From the human T2T-CHM13v2.0 reference genome, Homo sapiens: a stretch of 64,000 nt of DNA. The stretch lies in contig CP068257.2 in the NCBI GenBank assembly GCA_009914755.4, positions 25,056,001-25,120,000 on the forward strand. Reading direction: 5' to 3'. The position numbers were made by a program, and so were the translations under genes. Of this stretch, positions 53,740-64,000 are shown one piece after another (within the stretch, counting starts at the first letter, position 1; each line of letters opens with the position of its first letter). The notes beneath the pieces are model-generated. The model saw only the letters and a program-made list of their open reading frames with translations. It did no database searches and was not told the origin of the DNA.

Positions 53740-53877
53740 TTTTTTATTTTTATTTATTTTAGCGACGAAGGCTCACTATGTTGCCCAGGCTGGTCTCAAA
53801 TTTCTGGGCTCAAGCAATCCTCCCCTCTTTGCCTCCCAAAGTGCTGGGATTATAGGCGTGAACCACGGTCCCCAGCC
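53740..53877 (-). mobile_element. Free left Alu monomer (FLAM-like) with an A-rich tail; target-site duplication TAGAATTCTT
   Basis: TTTTTTTTATTTTTATTTATTTTAGCGACGAAGGCTCACTATGTTGCCCAGGCTGGTCTCAAATTTCTGGGCTCAAGCAATCCTCCCCTCTTTGCCTCCCAAAGTGCTGGGATTATAGGCGTGAACCACGGTCCCCAGCC. Flanks are TAGTAGAATTCTT... / ...CCTAGAATTCTTAG. Confidence 0.7.
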
Positions 53878-54129
53878 TAGAATTCTTAGTATTTGACAAA
53901 AACTGGGAATAACTTCGATGTCCAGTGGTATGGAATAAGTACATGTATCATTTGGGAAATTCCCTTCCCTACTTTTCTATGTAGGATTATTTATTTCCTG
54001 GACCCCACGTTGCTCTCTTTTTTGGTTTTACTTGTTTGTTTTGCTGGATCAGATCTTCTGGGGGCTCATCGAGAAAGATTACAGAGAAAGGATGCAAACA
54101 CAGTAATGTTTTAGAATATTTTTGTCTAA

Positions 54130-54900
54130 AAATGGCTTTAATTCATACTTATACTTAATGGTTTGATCGGATATCAAATTTAGTTTGAAATATTTTTTCT
54201 CTGAGTTGTGAAGATATTATGCTCTTCACTTCTTGATTTCAGCGTTGCTGTTGAAAGTTCTATGTCATAATTTTTCATCCTTTTTATATGACCTTATTCC
54301 AGGGTTCTGATATTTTACAATATGCCTTAGTGAGATTACTCTTTTCTATATTGTACTTTGCTTTTTGATGGACTCTTTAAGTCTGAAGTTTCATGTTTTT
54401 TTAGTTCCAAAGCTTTTATTTATATTGTTTTCTAGTGTATTTTTTTTCTGTCTTCTCCCTATCTTGAACTGGACATTTGACTCCCTGGACTGGTCATCTA
54501 ATTTTGTTAACTTTTCTTTACAATTTTGCATCTTTTTTTATTTATGTTTTATCTTAAGGAAAATTTATCTGATTTTATTATTCATTCCTTTCATTGACTT
54601 TTTTTATTCTTGCCATCATATTTTTTGAATTTCCAGGAATCTTTTCTTAAGTATTGCTTTTTTGTTCACTATTCCATATATTAAAATTATGCTGCTTCAA
54701 TTTTCCTTATCCATAAATTTCTATTTTATATTATCATTTGTCTTTTACTGCTGCTTTTTGTGCAAACTTCTTAATATATGTAGGATAGTAAAAAGAACAT
54801 ACTTTTGTCATTGTTGATTTTTTCTGTTGTATAGTTGGTGACTATGCTTCTGCTTCTTTCTTTTATCTTTCTTTCAGCTTACATTCCTTTTTTTCCAAAA
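54130..54900 (-). mobile_element. Possible ancient L1 (L1M) fragment, AT-rich, minus orientation
   Basis: Composition and word pattern (...GTTTGATCGGATATCAAATTTAGTTTGAAATATTTTTTCTCTGAGTTGTGAAGATATTATGCTCTTCACTTCTTGATTTCAGCGTTGCTGTTGAAAGTTCTATG...) parallel the reverse complement of the L1 ORF1-ORF2 junction region seen at 31600-31780. Confidence 0.3.
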
Positions 54901-57900
54901 TTTAACAGTTACCCACTCTATTACTTATATCTAAATAAATTGCAAATTGAACAAATACTTAAATATTTAAACAAAAATAAAAATTCTGAAAATTCATGAG
55001 GCAATTCGTTTATAACCTCAGAGTGAACAAGGCTTTTTAAACTGTTTTAAAATCCAAGGCAGCAAATAAATTAACTTTAACTACATTAATATAAAAATCT
55101 TCAATGCAAAAAATCATTAATTATGATTGACTCAGCATTTCTGCTTCTGGAAATCTATCCTATAGATATCTATACTCTACATATAACATTATGAAATTGT
55201 TTATAACGTGAAATACTGGAAGTGTGCATTAGTAATGAAATTTTTATTACTGTTGAATAATATGTAGCTAAAGAAAAACATGGCAATGCTTCCTGATAAC
55301 ATCAAATCCAAGGTATATTGTTAAGTGAATAAACCAAAATGCAGAATAGTGAATATAACAAGCCATTTTTTGTGCAAAAGGGAAAAATTAAAAATAAATA
55401 TATTGTATTTTCTTGTAATTTCATAAAGAAACATTGAAAAAAATAAGAAAATAAGAAAAGTAGTTTCTAAAGGTGGAAAAAAAGGGAAGAGCTTAGAAGT
55501 AGACCGGATAGGTGAGAGACTTCTCAATGCATGTTTTTGTATATTATTTTGATTTTTGTACCACATGAGTTTATATTCTATTCATTTATTAATATCAAAT
55601 ATATACAAAATAAAAATAGTCAATAAAATTCGAAAAAATATGTGTGAAACCTTTATGGAGAAAGTTATACAACTTTTAAAAGAAATAAATGAGATATATT
55701 ATATTCATGAACTGTAAAAGTCGGTTCTCCTCAAAATGATTTATGGAGTCAATTCATGCTTATTCCAAATTTTAAGATTTTTAGTGGAACTTGTCCAGCT
55801 GATTTAAAAATTTTAATGTAAGTTCCAAGATCTACCAATAGGTAAGATAATCCTGAAGAATAACAAATTGGAAAGACGTGTGTTCTGCCAAATATGTAGA
55901 CTTATTTTAAAGCTATAGTAATAAATACAGTACAGTCAGAACAAGGATAGGCACATAGATCAACAGAACAAATAATGAACTCAGAAACACTCTATGCATA
56001 GATCTAGACGTAGCAATGTTGCTTGTGTGGTAGGGATGTTAATATGCACCGCGTATCCATGTGCTGCCACACAACAGATCCCTTCACTTAGGCTGGAACT
56101 ACGTGACTAATTCTGACCAATGGGCCATGAAGAAAAGTGATGTATGTCACCTCCAGGCCCAGCCAGTTAAAACCTATTGGAGGGACAAATAGAGAGTCAC
56201 TAAGCTATGGCAATATTCAGTTTCTTGGTCTGAGTAGAAGATATAAAGATTTTGTATTATTAGTTTAGTTTAAAATTTAACTATTATTTTCTATATGTTT
56301 TTTTCCCATTTGTTGTGAATTATACAAATTAGAATAAGTGAAGAATGGTTTCCCACAAATATTCTAGGCACACAAAGAATTTTTTGTCTATTACTGCTGT
56401 TTGCATGGCATATTGTCAAATTTCACTACTTGGTACGTAAAAGATTTTTTACAATAATGGTTTTATTATGGATTCAACCTTTTAACAATATAAAAATGAC
56501 TCACCTTACTCCCTTTAATGATTTCTTACTTAAAATGTTATTTCTGTTATTAATTTTAGCATTGCATTCCTTTGTTAGTGGTTTCCTTGTAGAGATTTTG
56601 CTTCTTACTTTATTTCTGAATTATGTGTGTATAATTTTTAATGCATATGATTTTAAGAAACATTTAATTAGATTTAAAAAATCTCATTCTCAAGTTTTAC
56701 TCCTTTAAGTGGCAACATGTTCTGCAACCCAAATGTGCTATTACAACTATATGGTAGATTTTACTTCTGCCATTTTGCTTTATACTTCCTGGGTTTTAAT
56801 GTTTGTGATTTTTCTGCTTTTACTATGTAAATGCTTTTGCTCATTGTTATCTTTAGCTGTTTAGAAGGTAGACACCATGCTTTGAATTGAAGAAGTTGTT
56901 TATTATCATTTTTCAAAGCTGTGTGTGTCTATATGTATGCATATATGTATGTGTGTGTAAAGATGAAATTATGAAATGGCTATTTCTGTAGAGGCTGAGA
57001 GTTATGCAAAGATTAGGACTCAGCAAAGAGACAAGTGGTCTGGCAAACAAACATGGGCTTGCAACATGCTGCAGGGGACTTCACCTCTGAGGGTCTGGAA
57101 AAAAGAAAACGGGCTATTAGAAAGTATGATTTGCTTCAAAATGCAGCTGCTGGCTGCTTAACTCATTCCACAGGCACAGCTGTGGCATGCACTTGTAGAT
57201 TAGAAAGGCTCTACAATTTTTTAGATATTATTAGAAAGAATAATATTTGGCATTTCTGAGTTGCAATTGCAAGTTACATGATTTTAATTGTGCTATGGTG
57301 TTACAGCAATATACTAGCTTTATATTGTCGGGCCCTGGCCTGGGGTGGGGCAGTGGTATGTTCATTGCCTGCCACAAATACAAATTCTGGATTTGTGTTA
57401 AGGTCCAAGGTGGACACTGGAAGGGCTGGCCTTGGAGTTATATGGCTTGCCCACGAGCTCTAGCGATACATCATATGGACTTGAGGTTGAACAAATGTAT
57501 GCACAAGAGGAAAAAATCTTCCTTAGAAATCAAGTTTCTTAGACCTAAGCAATTTCTTATAAAGAGATGGTAAAATCAGACACAAGGCCCAGAACTGAAA
57601 ACATATGCTGAAGGGAAAGTGTGGAACTGGTAACACAGGTGGTCACCATAGCAAATTTCTCATCTTGGACCAAAAGAAGCAATGAATCAAATATGACTTA
57701 GAGAAGTATTGCATGCACAAGGAGCTTTTCTCCCTCCAGACATGGCCAATATACAAAAAAATCAAACCAAATTTGTAAATGTTCTATGAATTAATCTCAA
57801 GCTGGAAAAATTATTTTCTTCTTGAATGTAAATTCTCAGCTTCTGGATTCTTGACCACTGGCATTGACCAACTGGCATCTCGTTGAGCCTGAAGCCAATA

Positions 57901-58203
57901 TCTTTTTCTCTTTTCCACTGACATTCTGTGCATTTGTTATTGTTGGCAACGTTAAGTACTCGATAATAGGAAGATAATTTTGGCTAGGATAGTAACTGAG
58001 GAACTAGGGATAGCTTCTTTTCTAAATGTTGCTTGTGTGGGGTTAATGCTGGGATAATCTTGTGTCTCTTATTAAATCTTTAAATCCTTAATAAATGAGT
58101 CTCATGGGATATGTCTGGCATTGAACTAACCCAGACTGTGAAGCTCTTAAAAAGTTTGCACACATTCCACTGAGAAAGGTATTTCACCACCTCACAGGAT
58201 ACA

Positions 58204-58226
58204 AAAAACAACAACAACAACAACAA
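58204..58226. repeat. (CAA)n microsatellite
   Basis: aaaaaacaacaacaacaacaacaaaact. Confidence 0.9.
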
Positions 58227-61200
58227 AACTGCTGTGCCTGAAACTGAGAAAGATAAGAAATTTGAGAAGCTAATTATTGATTTTTAAATTGAAATTTTGA
58301 ACACTGAAATTTAACTTGTGTGACTAAGATTTTTCGATTTTGGATTTTAGCTTCTTTAGATCTTAACATCTTTGTGCTTTAATTTGCAAGGGAATTTAAA
58401 CTTTGAATTTTCTATTTTGGAGCTTGATGATGGGAGAACTTTTGTCCAGCATCTCTATAGCGCTTTTTAATTATTTTTGTTATTTTATTCTTTATTATTT
58501 TTGTTATTATAGTAACTTTATGCATGCTAGTATTGAATACTGCAATGTCATTCAATCTCATTTCAGACAGTTGCTTCTGGGTACAAAAATTCCATAGACA
58601 TAAGTTCATTGACTGGGTCCTTTTTGCTGTAAAAAGAATGTTGACCAGAAGCATTGTGAGGTGAGCTCAGCTATGTGATAATGAATGAGGCATTCACTAA
58701 GTTCACAGATGGTCTTGATGAAAGTAGCACAGAGGGTGGGGAGGAAAATCCACATCCAGAATGAGTCTGTTAATATGGGAACAAACTGAAGCCTCCTCCA
58801 TGATGGAAGAGATCCAATGTCATCAAGCTTCCACTAGTTAACTGGTTGCTGCCTTTTCCTTATGGTGCCAGTTTTAAAAATTAACTTTGGTCTCTCTTAC
58901 TGGTCACTTGGACAATGAGAACTGGTGGTAGTCATATCTGCTTTTTAAAGAGGAAATACGTATCGTTGTGTCCATGTGTAACCTCTGGCTCGGCATCATT
59001 GACACTTTGTTCATAACTTATTAAACAAGCACTGGCCAGCTTGGGAAAGGGATTAATTTATATCCACTGAACAGGTCATCTTGTGCAACACTGCACTGAG
59101 TTCTTTTGTAGTCAGTGTGCTGTGGGGAGCATTTACATGAGACACCATTACTCTCCCTTGGGCAGATTCTTAAAAGTCCATACCCCCTTACATCTCAGAC
59201 ATTTTTGCAACAAATATAATCTTGATTTTCTTCCAAGTTTCTAACTATTCGGTCAAACCATTACTTACTGTCCCTGAATCAGTATAGATGTATAATTTCG
59301 ACCATCTTTTCTTCAATGTATACAACTATAGGAACCCTTGGGAATCCTATTCTGTCTGCCCTCTCTCCTCAATGATAGCTATGATTCCACAGAAGTCCCT
59401 ATCTTTCTCAGTGTTGGACTATTTATGAACTAGATTCCATTTTTTTTCTTCCTGAAATGTTAACTGGTCATGGAGAACAGTTAACTGGTCACGGAGAATG
59501 CACCATGCAGCTGTAAGTTAGGAATTAGGGAGAGATGTTCTAGTAGTGGATGTGGGAGTTGTAGAAGTATGAACAATCTGCTCATAAAAATTACTTGTGC
59601 GTTTGGAGCTGGTTTTGTCCTGATCTTGTTTATAACTTTGCTCCTTCATGATGGAATGCTGCTATATCACACTCAATTTTGTGACTTAGAGGACCAGATA
59701 AGAGCCAGGTCATGATGGGGAGAACAGGTCACATGGTCATGTAAATCCTACGGTGAGGCATTCAGGCTCTTCAAGGACTCAGTAGTAAGCCAGGAGCTGT
59801 GTGTGAGTATTTGCAGAAAAGAGCATGGATTCTTCAAAATCCCTAGGGTTTTACACTGTGACTCTCATCCCGGCTTGCCCCAAGCTCCACACAGAATCTT
59901 AAGCTGCCATAGACACCTTGAACACTGTTTTATCTGCTAGGTTATGAAGCCCAAATGGCAGAACAGTTTGCACTTTAGCCTGAACCAGCTAGAAGTCTTT
60001 TCTTGGTATGGCCCACAGTGAAAGCTGCCATTCTTACAGGATGCTTGGTAAATGGGTCAAAAGGGCTTACCCAAAATTATTTGCCTGCAAAATACAAAAA
60101 AGAACATTATTCCTCTTTCTTAGTGGAAAGGAGTACAAGATAGAATAAATTTGATTTCCCATTGTATTGGGATATTTTTCTATTCCCCAGACCCTCGGAC
60201 TTTTTAACACTTTCCTAAAGTAGCACACATCTAATTTTTTTTATGTGTGAGATTATTCTCCATGTATATTTGTCTTACCAGAGCCATGAAACTCGTTACT
60301 TCTTGATCATCAGGCACTTTTGGCCCATTTTCATCCAATAGAGTGAAACAGCTTATTGGCCTATGTCCTGTGGATATGAGACAATAAGATTCTTGTGAAA
60401 TAAATAGTAAGAGTCAAAAACTGATGTAACCTTGTCCAGAATAGGGAAGATGCATTGCCATTGTGGACAAATGAAAAGAAATCACTCTGATGACTTAGAT
60501 GTTATATCTGACAGATACAGAGAAACAATAATTGCATAGGAAGAGTTATATACTGTTGATTTATTACAGTAAAAGGACAAAATCTGGATATTGCAGCTGA
60601 AGTCACTATTTAATTTCATTTAAAGTAAATCTGCTTTCATCTTTCAAGTCACAACTCTCAACTGTGTATGCCTTCCAAGCAAGTTAAGTGAGAGTGTAGA
60701 GGAATTAGTATAGCTTCATCTCTCAAGACTTTTAAGAATGTAGTATTGCTTCTACGTTATTTATCTTGTGGAGTGGAATAGAATTCTGTGAGCCCTCCCA
60801 CCATAATGACTGCCACTCCATGTTTCAGGGAGCCACTGGAGACTAGGAATTTTATTTTCCTCTGTGCATTCAGGAGCTAAGTACTTCTTCCTATGGAATG
60901 AAATGAGCAAATTCAGTGAACTCCTGGCCCCACTGTAAGATGGACTTGGTCAGAATGCTCATAAACTGCAACTCTACTGGACTATGGCAGGGTGAGGATT
61001 TATGGAGATTGGCCTTAGTTCAGAACCACATACTAGGAATCACCAAAGTTATGGGTATTTATCTTTACTGCTGTATATTCACCCTGATACATAGTTCTAG
61101 GTATCTTTGGGAAAGACCAGAAGAAAGATCAATAGTGCATACTTGTGGCTGTGTCACAGGGTCCTTGAGGGTATCAAGCTTCTCTTTATTCATGAAGTAT

Positions 61201-62739
61201 GGAGACTGTAATCCATAACTAGTCTCCGGATGAGTTCTGAAGTATAAATCTGGAAATTAGGTATGGGGTTAGGCCTCTCTGTCATTATGATTCAAATATT
61301 ACCTTCATTAAGTAGATTTAGAGGTTTTATAGTCGCAGTTACTGAGCTAAATTGAGACCTAAGGCTACTTATTATCTAATTCAGTTTTAAGAATTTATAA
61401 TTCGTGTAATCATTGCCACAAATTCTGAAGGTTAAAATGTGGTGATCACTTTGGTCTCGGTGTCAAACACAGAAACTACATCTACCTTCTCTGATGGTTA
61501 TGTGTTGTCACATGGCATCTCTCACTTCTAGCCCCGTCTTCATTGGAAACATGGAGTCTAATTCAATGACAATATCCCCTAAAGCAGATGCTGCTAGTGC
61601 TCCAGGCACATGCTTGCTGATTCCTAACCTTGAAGGACAAAGGTGTACAATGTTAAGATAAAGTGAGATGGTTACCCGGTGATGGCTTTCAAAGAGTTGA
61701 AAATCCCATAGTCCATTTTTATTTGTTACTTGGTACATGAATTAAACAGCATGGTTAAAAGCATAGACAGTATGAGATAAATCTACTCCTGTCACCTGAA
61801 TTTGTGCATAATGTAAGGAAAAAAGGCAGACTCACAGGCAAATTCTATTTCAAAATCAACAGAGCCAACCCGTGGGTTGAATGAATGGATAAGCAAGCTC
61901 CTAGATTGCATATTTGTCTAAGATTATGAAAGACAGTAAATTATATGCCCAGAGCTTTAGAATCATTAACAACTAAAGAAGATTCACAATACTTATCAGT
62001 GGGATAATCTGATTTTATCAGTTGGAAAGTTTGGCTTAGAGTACAATGACATAAGGCTTCAAAATATCTCAAGGAATTCTGTTGAGCTGTGGCTCATAGA
62101 AGAGTATTTCCCAAGAGTGGTGGTGTGCTTTTGTAAAATAGTGTTACAAGTTTCTACAGCACCACTCGGTCTAACCCCACCCTTTTGACATGGAGAGACT
62201 ATCTAGTATTGTATTATTGTACTTGCCTGGGATTGATTTTCAGAATTAATTTATTTGTTGGGGTGCAGGATGAGGTAGAAACGAAGTGCTTATCCCAGGA
62301 GTCAAAGTCAAAGAGAATGAATACGCAGGGCTCCTCTGGTCCAGCCCTCTGATGATAGACACAAGGATGAGAAGGCATTTCACAATCACCGGGTTGAATT
62401 CTGTGCCATCTTGGGTGTCTTTTCCTCATCGTTGTCTCATGATATAGATGAGAAAAGTCAGAAAACACACAATCAAACACTGGTGTATGTGTTTTATTAA
62501 TGTTACATTGAGAACTGTAACACTATGATTATACTTTAGGATCAGCAAAATTGACAAAAGAAATGCACTGGTTATACTAATAGTTATGACATACCATAGG
62601 TTATTTGAGACCAATGGGCATACAATTTTGATAAGCAGAATATCAAGATTATTTCTAGAATGGAGATGGGAGATTCTTTAAAGACAATTAGTTTCTAATT
62701 AATAAATTATATGCTGTATTATTTTCTGTGCTGTATAAA

Positions 62740-62990
62740 AATTGACCACAAATTTAGCTGCTTTAAACAACACCCACTTATCTCATCATTTCTGTGGACA
62801 GGGAGTCCAGGCATGGTTTAGCCACGTCCTTCTCGTTGCTGCAATCAAGGTGTTGGCCAGGGGTTAGGTTCTGGTCCAAAGGCCCAGCTAGGGAAGGACC
62901 CACCCAAAACTCACTTGGTGATTGGCAGACTTAATTTCCTTGTGGCTGTAGGACTCAGCAGCTTGCTTCTTCAAAGTGACATAGGAAAGT
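62740..62990. mobile_element. Unassigned LTR-class (MaLR-like) repeat fragment immediately 5' of the MLT2-like LTR
   Basis: ...CTGCTTTAAACAACACCCACTTATCTCATCATTTCTGTGGACAGGGAGTCCAGGCATGGTTTAGC...GCAATCAAGGTGTTGGCCAGGGGTTAGGTTCTGGTCC...TTAATTTCCTTGTGGCTGTAGGACTCAGCAGCTTGCTTCTTCAAAG has the word structure of mammalian-wide LTR repeats. Family not resolved. Confidence 0.3.
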
Positions 62991-63342
62991 GTAGTGGTTG
63001 ATTTTACGTGTCAATTTGGAGGGTGTTTTGGGATGAGATTGACATTTAAATTGGTGGACTTTGAGTAAAGTACATTGCCTTCCTTAATGTGGGTGTGCCT
63101 CATCCCATCAGATGAGAACAAAAACCCCACCTTCCCAAGTAAGAAAGGATTCTCCAGCAGATGGCTTTCAGACCTCAACCACACCACCAGCTCTCCTGTG
63201 TCTCCAGTCTCCTAGTCCACACTGTAGATTTTGACTCACCAACCTCCATAACCACATGAGCCAATTTCTTACAATAAATTTATTTCTGTATGTATACAAA
63301 TCCTACTGGTTCTGTTTCTCTGGAAGACCCTGACTAAACAGA
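62991..63342 (+). mobile_element. ERVL LTR, MLT2-like, with internal deletions
   Basis: Begins TGTAGTGGTTGATTTTACGTGTCAATTTGGAGGGTGTTTTGGGATGAGATTGACATTTAAATTGGTGGACTTTGAGTAAAGTACATTGCCTTCCTTAATGTGGGTGTGCCTCATCCCATCAGATGAG. Ends ...CTCACCAACCTCCATAACCACATGAGCCAATTTCTTACAATAAATTTATTTCTGTATGTATACAAATCCTACTGGTTCTGTTTCTCTGGAAGACCCTGACTAAACAG. Both ends match the MLT2 consensus termini. Confidence 0.6.
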
Positions 63343-64000
63343 GGGACTCTAGAGCCAGACAGCGACCAAGACGGAGTCATCTTACATACAGAAGTGTATA
63401 AGAGAGTGACGTCAGATCTCCTTGGCCATATTCTATTAACTAGATGCAGGTCCCAGACCTCACCCACATTCTTTGGTTAAAGATTATACAAGGGTGTGAA
63501 CATCAGGGCACCAGGAATCTTGAGACTCACCTTCAAGTCTGTCTGCTACATCCTCTAGCCCGTTAAGTGAGAAACTGTAGAGTGATGGACAAGGCCTTGG
63601 CCTTCAACACAACCATGAAGTTATATTCTGGGCCTTCAGCTTATATCTATATAACCATAGGCATTTTTCAGTATGGCAAGGGGATCTCCAAAGGAGAGGA
63701 GCCAAATCTGGAGCCCCTATGGGGGTGATCTGGTGATTATCTGTGTGAATGCAGGAATTTATAGATGAAGATAAGGGTGATATAGCAGGAAGATGGAGTG
63801 AATCATTCCCCTGGGAAGCTGTAGAGATCGGAGCGACAAGGCAGGAAGAGGGACTCACCCTTTCTACCGAAAATGAAAGTGCCATTGGTACCCTGAGGCC
63901 TCAGAATACAGAGATGGATGCTAAGAAGCCAAAGGAGTTTGAGTTGCAGGAAAGGGAAGAGGGTAAATTATAACACGTTCTCAGCTTTTAAGGATCATGG

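Noticed and set aside
59459-59500. 21-bp tandem duplication GTTAACTGGTCATGGAGAACA / GTTAACTGGTCACGGAGAATG
   Set aside because: It is a single imperfect two-copy duplication in unique DNA, a common small slippage/duplication event with no further structure.

Overview
This window is primate (almost certainly human) nuclear DNA, not a prokaryotic or viral locus. At least half of it is recognisable interspersed repeat. The repeats, and the signatures I used to recognise them, are:
- About 15 Alu SINEs. Each is a GGCCGGGCGCGGTGGCTCA…poly(A) dimer or its reverse complement, and several have readable target-site duplications.
- Several LINE-1 pieces. These include a ~6.4 kb old L1 on the minus strand with ORF1, endonuclease and reverse-transcriptase remnants. 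It carries two nested Alus and an internal L1 3'-end fragment. There is also a young, 5'-truncated L1PA 3' end with its target-site duplication.
- Many ERVL-MaLR LTRs of the THE1/MST, MLT1 and MLT2 types. One is a ~2.3 kb LTR-internal-LTR element.
- A solo HERV-H LTR7, a MADE1 (Hsmar1 MITE) palindrome, a MIR, and several microsatellites: (ATCT)n, (GGAT/GATA)n, two long (GT)n, (GTT)n and (CAA)n.

Every ORF in the supplied six-frame track is short (60-171 aa). Wherever I can place one, it lies inside an Alu, L1 or LTR (for example the Alu-derived '...SLLSSWDYR...' peptides and the L1 ORF2/ORF1 fragments). None is a credible host protein-coding gene. I find no rRNA or tRNA, no CRISPR array, and no gene cluster or novel 'system'.

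The things worth a second look are modest:
- A MADE1 hairpin that looks like a miR-548-family precursor.
- A solo LTR7 with regulatory potential.
- Three small non-repeat patches with CpG, splice-site-like motifs and open frames that could be unannotated exons or regulatory elements (around 11.7-12.6 kb, 19.5 kb and 21.8-22.2 kb, with a weaker one at 50.2-50.5 kb).
- Several structural oddities: a nested unclassified insertion, paralogous segments, and an L1 rearrangement.

Family names beyond Alu, L1, LTR7, MADE1 and THE1-type rest on my memory of consensus sequences. They should be confirmed with RepeatMasker/Dfam.
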